8,434 nucleotides of DNA from Zygnema circumcarinatum SAG 698-1b. Its lineage: Eukaryota; Plantae; Zygnematophyceae. The stretch spans positions 1 to 8,434 of the forward strand of contig JBBHKD010000061.1 in NCBI GenBank assembly GCA_037447605.1, in the 5' to 3' direction. Every line of letters begins with the position of its first letter. The stretch's first letter is position 1. The notes below the pieces were generated by a model, which saw nothing but the letters and a program-made list of their open reading frames with translations, did no database searches and was not told the origin of the DNA. The translations under genes and the position numbers were made by a program. Below, piece by piece: positions 1-7,874 of this stretch.

Positions 1-182
1 TTAAGGTAACTACACAAAACAACAAATGATAGAGGGCATAAAACTCTGATAGATGTTAGAAAGGAGTGCGCGACAAACTAGTATTTTGAGCCAATCATTG
101 GTTTTGACGTCAACGCGTTGAAACCTTTAAATTGTCGGACTACCTTACCGTACAAACTTGTGATTTGTCAAAGTAGACCCCC

Positions 183-238
183 CCAATATTTTCGCCCCTC
201 TTATTTTCGCTAGCCAATATTTTCGCCCTAATTTTGCC
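183..238 (+). repeat. Short degenerate tandem repeat of an ATTTTCGC unit
   Basis: CCAATATTTTCGCCC occurs exactly at 183-197 and 214-228, with TATTTTCGC at 202-210 and AATTTTGCC at 230-238. Confidence 0.8.
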
Positions 239-842
239 AAAACCACTTTTTGTGCAGTGGCTGTGTTAGCCCGTGTCACCACTAGTGAAAGCCACCGTAC
301 TGTATTGGGTTTTCCAGATCATGCTGGGCGTGTTAGCCGTCAATGCTGGTCTTGACATTCGTACTCAGGTAGTGCCGTATCTCATGCTCTTGCTCACGTG
401 CTCAGTGTGCTAGCCGTGCAATGTCAGCGTGGCAAATGCGTTGACGGATCTGCGTCCCGTCAATTGCTACTCCGCAATGCTCTTCAGTGTCGCAATCAGC
501 GAATGAGCTGCAGCGAGGGTGGAGGGCGGGGCGCCACCTCCGTGGCAGCCCACGGACCACAGCAGCCGTGGCACACACCGGGAACACCGCGAGCCACAGA
601 TATCATGGTGACTCTCCAAAGGCTCCACCGTAGTCATTCAGGCCTCTCCGGTGAAGGTGGGCCAATCGCCATACAGTCTGATTTCAAAGTCTGTTGTCAA
701 TGTTAATGAATTAAATGTATCAATGATATTCTTTTGTCTTTTAAGTGCTGGGCTTAGTATTTGTATTTAGTGTGTGGTTTATTATCTTGTTCTTCTTTTC
801 TTCTTTTCCTTCCTCTTCAGTTACAGCAACAGATGCTAAGTA

Positions 843-897
843 AGAGAGAGAGAGAGAGAGAGAGAGTTCCATGCCATAGATAGAGAGAGAGAGAGAG
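843..897 (+). repeat. Paired (AG)n microsatellites, (AG)12 and (AG)8, around TTCCATGCCATAGAT
   Basis: Read directly: (AG)12 at 843-866, 15-nt core at 867-881, (AG)8 at 882-897. Confidence 0.95.
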
Positions 898-989
898 AAA
901 GGCTCTTCTTGCTGATAGCATTCAGACGTCCCATTCACCCCAGCGAGACAAAGAGTTCAGTGAGAAGACGATTTCATTGTAATGACATT

Positions 990-1012
990 CCCCAGCCAAC
1001 CGCTGGCTGGGG
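990..1012. other. Perfect 9-bp inverted repeat (hairpin) inside the putative 5' LTR
   Basis: CCCCAGCCA (990-998) and TGGCTGGGG (1004-1012) with a 5-nt loop, ACCGC. Confidence 0.75.
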
Positions 1013-1400
1013 TGAGTTTCCAAAATGCAACCTTTATCTAAGTTGAGCATTGTTTTTCCCTTTGCTGTCACTATGCAAAGCTGCCATCTTGTCCTAATCT
1101 GCCCTACGCTTATCCCGATGACCAATGATCACTGGAAACCCCCACTGAGGCTTCACGAGGGAGGGGCGGGGAGGAGGCCCCAAGGAAGGGTTTGCACCAT
1201 CGAGTCCGGCCGTGGAATCCCGGACACTCAGATCCCTACCGTCTCCCGCTGCGCGTCCTCTGAATCCCCCGGGATCCTGGCTCTATGTCAGCGGGGCCCG
1301 CAGAACCAACCCAACCCTTCATTAGTTTCAGCACGGACGCGCGTGTGGCCGAACAGCATCTGCAACTAGCTCATCAGTCTTCTCTTAACCCCACTTATCT

Positions 1401-1412
1401 TGGTATCAGAGC
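1401..1412 (+). promoter_or_regulatory. Primer-binding site complementary to the 3' end of plant-type initiator tRNA-Met
   Basis: Exact TGGTATCAGAGC, the standard iMet PBS of plant LTR retrotransposons, lying between the left repeat and the internal coding region. Confidence 0.87.
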
Positions 1413-1484
1413 TGGAGGTTTTGCAGATCCACGTACCTTGATACGTGAGGCTGCGAGTGCTGTGACCCGTCTCACAAGCCCACC

Positions 1485-2370
1485 ATGGATGAGAAGCCCA
1501 AGCAAGAGGGACAGCAGGTCTGCATCAAGTGTTCAAAGGAAGACTTCACACCCAAGGAAGAGAGCACGCGATCAAGATCGGAGACAGATTCAAACTTAGA
1601 GGAAGGGCAAGTCAAGAGACTGCTGAAATCAGCATAGCAAAGAACCCTTATCTAGTCTGGCTTACCTTGGGCGGTCGATCGATTGAAGGCTGCAGCGACT
1701 CCGGCCTGGCCACGATGGCCACCAACTCCAGATCGGCAGTCTCACGCCGCATGATCAAGGCTCGAGGAGCCGGTCGGCTGTCAGCGGCCGCGAGTGCCGT
1801 GAAGAAAGGAGTGCATTGAACATCCGTCCCAGCCAGAGGGAAACACGGGATGTCGGAGTCGGATCACTATACCCACGTCCCCTAGACACAGCGCGGCACG
1901 CGGCCTGCAGAAGAGCAAGGGAATCATAAAGACACCCTCAGCTCCAACTTCACGACTTACCCATCCAGCACCCGAGCAAGGCGCTTGGGGGCGGGCAGGA
2001 CGCGCAAGGACCCTCAGCTTTCGCACCAACCTGCTCAGCGGAAGCCTGCGAGCAGGTCTGATTTCCCAGCAGATGGAAGAAGAGAGTGATGACCAAATTG
2101 ATCACCTTGATACCTGAAAAGATGAGGTGAGGATCCACGGGCATCATCACTGGCGGCTCACCGGCAAGCGGGAAGATGGGGGTCTGGCCTGGGTGACCAC
2201 TGAGGAAGGGCGCCACGGGCGACCTGAAGGAAGACCAGTGGATGGGCTGGCCTCCAACAACTGGAAGGCGAGGGCGGTGGCTGGAAGCCTCGGGAGCTCG
2301 AGGCAGAGCGAGATCTGATCGGCCACCCTGACAAGGACACATTCAAGCAGCTTGAGACAGCATTGGATTT
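1485..2370 (+). pseudogene. Decayed upstream ORF of unknown product (gag N-terminal part or an extra ORF)
   Basis: ATG in strong context (CACCATGG) 73 nt after the PBS. Frame 3 reads MDEKPKQEGQQVCIKCSKEDF... with scattered TAG/TGA stops; a protein-like continuation in frame 2 from about 2228 reads ...ELEAERDLIGHPDKDTFKQLETALDL. No recognisable domain. Confidence 0.33.
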
Positions 2371-2693
2371 AGATCCGGGTCAGCTGTGCTCAACCAACTT
2401 CGCTACATAGAATGCTAGGTAATGGGCAAATTTGACTAATGAGCACTTTGTGCTCACATGGCAAACTCAATGGAGACTTGCCTGGTTCCCCGAAGTGCTG
2501 CAATGGTCCGCCAAGGCCATCAACGAGAAGGATATCCCACCTGGGTCGTAAGGTGCGCGACCAGTCAGCAGATGCCCAAGCATTGTTGACGGGCGGGCGA
2601 CTCAGAAGGATCAAGGGACGAGCCGACATGTAGAGCCACATTACATGACGCTGAGTCACGACAAGATCGGCTCTGCCACAGTCCTGAGCAGGG

Positions 2694-3371
2694 ATGGGCA
2701 GGCCTCTCGATCCCTGCGCTCATCTCTGGGAGCAAGCCCTTCCTTCTCCAGCGCAGTTCCTCCAGACAGGACGCCCTTGTGGTGAGCCTCTGGCCATGGC
2801 CAGCACAACCAAGCCCCTTCCCCTTCCCCATACCCTCATGATCCGCGCATCCATCGACCAGCGAGTGAATCCTCACATACCGGGGTATCAGCGTGGGTGT
2901 CGGGCTCCTTGTCCGATCACACACCCGAAGGCGGAGAAGCTCCAGGGCCGGTCTGCGCGTCGGATGACGGGCAGATACCGAGGCGTGTGTCTAGCTTGTG
3001 GCCTAACTCACAATCCCACGGGTCCGGTTGCGGACCATGATCCTGCACCTTCTGCTCAGAGTCAGGACATGATCAGGTGTGATGCAGGAGCTCAGTGGGA
3101 GGCCGGAAGGGAAGGGCGGCGGCGGGAACTCATTGCGAGATCACTTCTCATGGATATGCTTCCCCGGCTTCTCCACCTCAAGAACACCGGCTCCTTTCGC
3201 CCACGCCACCTGTCACCCACTTACACCATATTGGGCGACACCTTATCCATCTGCACCCCATGGACTGCCTTCCTGTCGAAACGTGTTGATGCTGGGGCCC
3301 GATCCTGCTACCCGATCACGCACTGCCCAGGTTCGCGGCATCTCAACCAAGCTTCTGAGACCACCCAGTAG
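2694..3371 (+). pseudogene. Possible gag (capsid-like) remnant, 225-codon open frame
   Basis: Lies upstream of the protease, where gag is expected. The segment QWEAGREGRRRELIARSLLMDMLPRLLHLKNTGS has W...L..L(K/R)(N/Q).GS spacing loosely like Retrotrans_gag. There is a CxxCxxxH (CLACGLTH) but no complete CCHC knuckle. Weak. Confidence 0.3.
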
Positions 3372-4001
3372 CTGGCAGTGGGGCTCAAGACTCAATCGCC
3401 GGATATTTGCTCGCAGGCTCCCTCTGGCTGAGGGCGATCCTCATTCTCACCCTCTCCCATTCCTCCTGCCAATGTCACGCGCCAACGGTCGCTCCATCAA
3501 GTCAGCACCCTTCTTTCGAAGAACTTCAGTCATCTTTCCCTGCACGGGTCCTCCCTTTGGGATGCCTGCCTGGGGGGACAGTGAAGCCTCGGTGAAGAGG
3601 ACCGCAGCGCGCAGCCAAGCCGGCGCCCGGCGACCGAAGGATCACCTCAACCCTCCACACCGCCCACGCAGCCCATTTGCCCAGGGCACCGATCGTCGAC
3701 ACCCCGGCAGACGGTATTCCTGATGAACACATGGTTCATCAACTCATGGGAGACAGACTAAGATCGACCATATTTCTCACAAGTTTACATGCCAGGGCTT
3801 CTCCAGTGTCCCGTAATTCGAAAGCTGGCCCAGACGGTGCAGGGGGCCACCTTGGGCCTCCCCGCAGCTCCTGTGACGTACCTCCGGGCGTCCCTGGCGG
3901 CCAATGTCCACCCACATGGTCCGGCGTCAGCGCGATCGCACTCCCTGGCCATGCTCCCCTCGCCGAGTCGGATCCTCCCTCTCATCCCAACGCCCAACGT
4001 G

Positions 4002-4310
4002 CGGATCATTGTCAATGTATGGCTCAACGGTCATCCCAGCAAAGCCATGATCGACACGGGGGCTATGCGCACAGTTCTGTCCAAGCCTGTGATGAAGGCG
4101 GCAGGGGTTAAGTTGGACAAGACGCTTGAGCCCATCCCCCGATATGTGGGAGTTGAAGGGACTTACATGAAGGGTTGGGAAGCACCCAAGTGGTCATCAA
4201 GTCTCGCGAGGGGTGGGACCACAGTGATGCGTCATGGCGGCCACTGGACACTATTGTGTTCTGCTCGGGCTGGGGTTGGCTCATCGATGGGAAGACGCAA
4301 AGTCGACTTT
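4002..4310 (+). pseudogene. Retropepsin-type aspartic protease, frameshifted
   Basis: Frame 3 RIIVNVWLNGHPSKAMIDTGAMRTVLS with catalytic DTG at 4053-4061. Continues in frame 2 (LGSTQVVIK, 4175), frame 1 (YCVLLGLG, 4252, equivalent to the D-hydrophobic-LG motif) and frame 3 (KVDF, 4299). Confidence 0.88.
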
Positions 4311-4664
4311 GCTACATGTAACACCGCCTCTCTCCTGGCGGGACAGGCTCCTCCCTCCCCATCATCCTCAGTGCCACTCCGCCTGCCCCAGCGCGCGCAG
4401 GCAAGTCTCCTCTCCCCGAGAGTCACTCCTGTGCCATTCCCAGTCGGCAGCCCCCTCTCCTCATGGAGTGGCAAACCTGGCTCCTGATGAGACTGCCACA
4501 TCCTCTACAGAGTGCAACTCTCGGTATGCGAGGGAAACTGTTCGCGGCCGCAGCTGCCTCACCAACTTCCACCTCATGAGATCATCAGTGATGAGGAGTG
4601 GCTGGAAATAGAGGGGCAGATGCGATTAGGCCCTGCAGTCCTCTCAGACCCGATCAAGCATTCC

Positions 4665-5640
4665 CAACTACGCCAAGTGCTGCGCCGAAATCACCTAGTT
4701 TTCGCGAGACATTCACTCGACATCGGCAAGACTCACCTGATTGAGCACCACATTGATCCGGGAGTGCGCCTCCCGTGTGATAGGTCCCTGGGCTCCCTGC
4801 CCCGTTTCCGCAGCGCAGCAGGCAACGTGGAGCGACGTCGCGAGAACATAGGCTGCCCAGATTGATGAATACTGAAAAGGGCAGCGTGGCAACACAGGCC
4901 GGCCACTGTGCCCCCAAACAGGATCATGCACAGTTTATGTGGGGGATACCAGGAAACTGAATGCACTAACAAAGTGGGATCCCTCTAACCCAGGTGTGGA
5001 CCTGGTTCTCACAGCGTGTCCCCCTGAGCCGTGTCGCCCCTGAACACTCTCACAGGAGTCCTCTGGCAGAATTTTACTGCGCAGGCTGAGTCGCTCCAGA
5101 GGAAGCCGAGGCCACACACGCGCTTGCTGGGGTGGACAGTGCTACCATTGGGGCTGGGGGAGTGCAGGCCAGGGCTCACCAGCGCTTGGCCCAGCCCCAG
5201 GTCTTCGGCCCCCTTAGGGTGCCTCTACAAAGCCTTATGTCAATACCCAAATCCACAAGCGGGCTGGTCTCCCCACCTGCGCACATGAGCCAGGTCCTGC
5301 GGCAGCTCATCATGCGGTCTCGAAGTGCACCCAAGAAGTGCAAATGGGGCCATCAGGAGATAACTCATCTCGGGCACCGCCTCGGCATCAATGGCCTGAA
5401 ACCCTCACTCGACAAGATTGAAGCTATTGCCCTCATGCCGATTCCACAGACCCTCACTCAGCTCAAGTCCTTCCTGGGGCTCACCTCATTCTATCGCCGG
5501 TTCATCAAGGGCTATGCCCTTATCGCACGTCCCCTCCATGCCCTGGAGAAGCACGGAGTCCACTACGAATGGAGCCGCGCGCAGGATTTGGCCTTCCAAG
5601 CGCTCAAGAGTGCCCTCCTTCAAGCTCCTTGCCTGCATCA
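4665..5640 (+). pseudogene. Reverse transcriptase plus connection domain; N-terminal two-thirds heavily degenerate
   Basis: Motifs in the expected order but hopping frames. Frame 3: QLRQVLRRNHLVFARHSLDIGKTHLIEHHID (4665-4757). Frame 1: QIDE (4858), RKLNALTKWD (4951). Frame 3: LWQ (5061), WTVLPLGL (5133). Frame 1: YVNT where YxDD is expected (5236). Frame 2: HMSQVL...KKC...LGH...KIEAI...LKSFLGLTSFYRRFI. Confidence 0.9.
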
Positions 5641-6019
5641 ATTCGACCCCACCCTTCCCACCATTATTGACGCTGACTGGAGTCAGACAGGCTTTGGGGC
5701 AGTGGCCAGCCAAGCATTCTCAGATGGGGAACACCCGGTCAGTTATGCAAGCAGGGTCTGTTCAGAAACCGAGACCAAGTATAGCCCTACTGAGGGAGAG
5801 GCCGCGGCTATCCTCTGGGCACTCGAGAAGTTCAAGCTCTTCACGGCCTACCAGCCCGTTATCATCCGGACTGACCACATGCCCCTCACTTGGCTGCACA
5901 TCATGGCTACCCTACGCCCTAAGTTTGCACGATGGGTGATGAAGTTGGAGGAGTATAATGTGCTTAAGGTCACCCACCGTCCCGGCCGTAGTCACGGCAA
6001 TGCTGATGGCCTCAGTCGC
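5641..6019 (+). CDS. Ty3/Gypsy RNase H domain, uninterrupted, within ORF 5132-6832 (frame 2; part of a broken pol)
   Basis: IDADWSQTGFGAVASQ (D at 5675), HPVSYASR, YSPTEGEAAAILWAL (E at 5798), IIRTDH (D at 5873), HRPGRSHGNADGLSR (D at 6005). All acidic catalytic positions are present. Confidence 0.92.
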
Positions 6020-6309
6020 AATCCTTCGGCTCCCCTCCTCTGTCACGATCCGGCCGTTCCTGAACCCATTCCTCCACCCACCCTCTTGAACCCTGAGCAT
6101 CTTCCCATTGAGATTTTTATTGCCGCTCAAGCCCTGCATGATGTCCTATTCGCAGATGGGCTGATCGACATTCCGGCCACAGCCACCACCCTCCATCGCT
6201 GGGAGGACCCTGACTTCACCCACGGCCACCCCCATGCGGATCCGTGGGAAATCCTCATGGATGACGATGGCGACGCTCCCTTACTTCCTCCCCATTTCCC
6301 CAGCGCCAA

Positions 6310-7592
6310 TGACGTCCATTCAGACTCCTCCCTTCTGCGCTACGTCATGACCCGCACGTTACCCCCCTTTATCACGGACACCGAGAGGGCTCGGCTGCTC
6401 CGCCGCTCTCGGAACTTCTCTGTTGATGATGACGGACAGATACAGTACCTCCCCTCTGGCCTTCCTGTTCCTTTCCCCAATGAACGCATGGAGATTCTCG
6501 ATGTCGCCCACGATTCCCAGCCCGGCGGATTCCACCTCGGCCAGAAGAAGATGGTGGCTCTGCTACAGGAACGCTACTATTGGCCCGGCCTCCATGGCGC
6601 GGTGAGCCGCTACATTGCAACCTGCACCCGCTGCCAACGCGGCAAGCGCTCTGCTCCCCCCGACCGCCAACCCCTTGAGATGGGTGAGATCCCAATACGC
6701 GGCGTCGCCGAGGACTGGAACATCGACACTTTTCTGTGCCCCAGACTGGCACCCCTATCGCTGGCTCAGGGTCTTCCTAGCCGTGGGCAGATACACCGGG
6801 GTGGGGGTCAAGAGTTCACACGCAGATCCTGAGCATCCATGCCACTCTGCTCAGCCTCCTGACGGCCATCATTCACCGCCACTCTCTACCCTACTCTGTC
6901 CACTCTGACAATGGCACCGAATACAAGGGGGCCTTTGCCAAGCTAATGCAGGACTTCCGCATCATCCACCGCACCTCTAGCCCCTACTCCCCCTGGCAGA
7001 ATGGGCTTGCAGAACGTACCATTCAGACGGTCAAGGATGCGTGCGTCCGCGGCTGCGCGGAGCTGGAGGCGGACTGGCGCGAGGTCATCCCCTCCCTGGT
7101 CTTCACGTATAACACCTCCGACCACTCATCCACGGGCTTCTCTCCTTGCGGCTTGCTGTGGCCGTGAGCCCCGTGTCCCCTTGACCTGCCTTGCTGAGCC
7201 CCTCTTCTCCGTGGCGCGCCCCCCGGTACTTGGGCCCCTGCAGATGCAGCTACCTGGCCCTCCGCTTCCAAACCCTAGATTCCATGGCCTCCCACCACCT
7301 CGAACGCGCGCACAGGCGACAACTCACCGACTTCGGGAGGCGCCGACGCGCTGCTCTCCCGCCCAATCAGGTAGCGCCACATCAGCTCATCTGGCTCAGG
7401 AATCTTGCCAAACCGACTCAACGGGCTTTTCCGTGGTTGGGCCCCTTCATTTGTGTCGGTCCGTCGGAGATCCCAGGTTGGGCCATCATTTCGGAAGGCC
7501 CTGACTCTAGTGGAAACGCCCGGCGCTGGCGTTCACACTGGATCGACATTCGTCCTGCCACGTCAGCAGTTCCTCCCCCCCGCGATGGCTGA
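6310..7592 (+). pseudogene. Integrase: HHCC zinc-binding domain intact, DDE core and GPY/F C-terminal module frameshifted; no chromodomain seen
   Basis: Frame 2: AHDSQPGGFHLG...YYWPGL...CTRC (H 6509, H 6533, C 6623, C 6632) and WNID (D 6725). Frame 1: HSDNGTEY (D 6907), QNGLAER (E 7012), YNTSDHSSTGFSP. Frame 2: GREP (7160). Frame 3: WLGPF (7434-7448), stop at 7590-7592. Confidence 0.92.
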
Positions 7593-7874
7593 GCGTTCGC
7601 GACCGACAGCGCGGCCTCCTCCGGACGACTCCTCATTGGTCCATTTCTAATTCCCGCCACTTTTTGCCGCTTCGCCCACATTGCGCCTGTCGGCCGTAAC
7701 TTTCGAGTTCGAATTTGTCTTACTCCCTCCTCCACCTCGATCCGCCGATACTCCCATTTCGAATCTGGCGAATGCGGACGACGCCCGACTCCTCCTCGCT
7801 GATCCTGTCCGCGTCATCATGGTCCCTCCACGCCTTTGTCTCTTCTTCCTTTAGCTGGCATTGCTTATTTCGGC

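Larger units (their letters stand above)
390..1400 (+). repeat. Putative 5' LTR (directly alignable to the right copy over about 405-971; extension to 1400 inferred from the PBS position)
   Basis: Shared blocks with 7875-8434 include gcgtt(g/a)acggatct (438/7906), atcagcgaat (495/7965), gtagtca(t/g)tcaggcctctc (630/8104), ttttgtcttt...ttcctctt (732-817/8204-8286) and the AG-ttccatgccata-AG module. It ends immediately before the PBS, but in ATCT rather than the canonical CA, and no TG start could be fixed. Confidence 0.7.

Noticed and set aside
77-124. Helitron-like 3' end on the minus strand (palindrome, 9 nt, CTAG, T)
   Set aside because: The adjacent palindrome is AT-rich with a 1-nt loop, unlike the GC-rich Helitron hairpin, and CTAG is common.
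308-320. 12/13 match between GGTTTTCCAGATC (308) and GGTTTTGCAGATC (1417)
   Set aside because: Matches of this length are expected many times by chance in an 8.4-kb self-comparison, and this one does not extend.
183-425. Short repeats as a CRISPR-like array
   Set aside because: The units are degenerate, few and irregularly spaced, there are no cas genes, and the context is a eukaryotic retroelement.
398-706. 102-aa ORF in the left repeat, and the 66-aa ORF at 7861-8061 in the right repeat, as a conserved LTR-encoded peptide
   Set aside because: The nucleotide alignment between the copies has single-base indels that break the frame after a few codons, so there is no coding conservation.
741-938. 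Minus-strand ORFs 741-938 and 8212-8400 with similar translations (EEEPFSLSLSL...)
   Set aside because: The similarity is just the translation of the shared microsatellite and pyrimidine tract; low-complexity, with no domain.
2884-2891. Second PBS-like GGTATCAG, suggesting a nested element
   Set aside because: Only 8 nt, with no adjacent LTR end; expected by chance.
4485-4540. Hammerhead ribozyme core-like CTGATGA...GAAAC (also CTGATGA at 3720)
   Set aside because: Stem II cannot form (no G-C closing pair before GAAA), and the 3720 site has no GAAA at a suitable distance.
6190-6265. Chromodomain-like tryptophans (HRWEDP...DPWEIL) in the RH-IN linker
   Set aside because: It lacks the Y-x-V-E-x-I and Y-L-V-K-W pattern, and it lies before the integrase rather than at its C-terminus.
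1781-7735. Numerous 60-170 aa ORFs on the minus strand or in alternative frames over the internal region
   Set aside because: GC-rich shadow ORFs overlapping pol or the upstream region, with no recognisable motifs.
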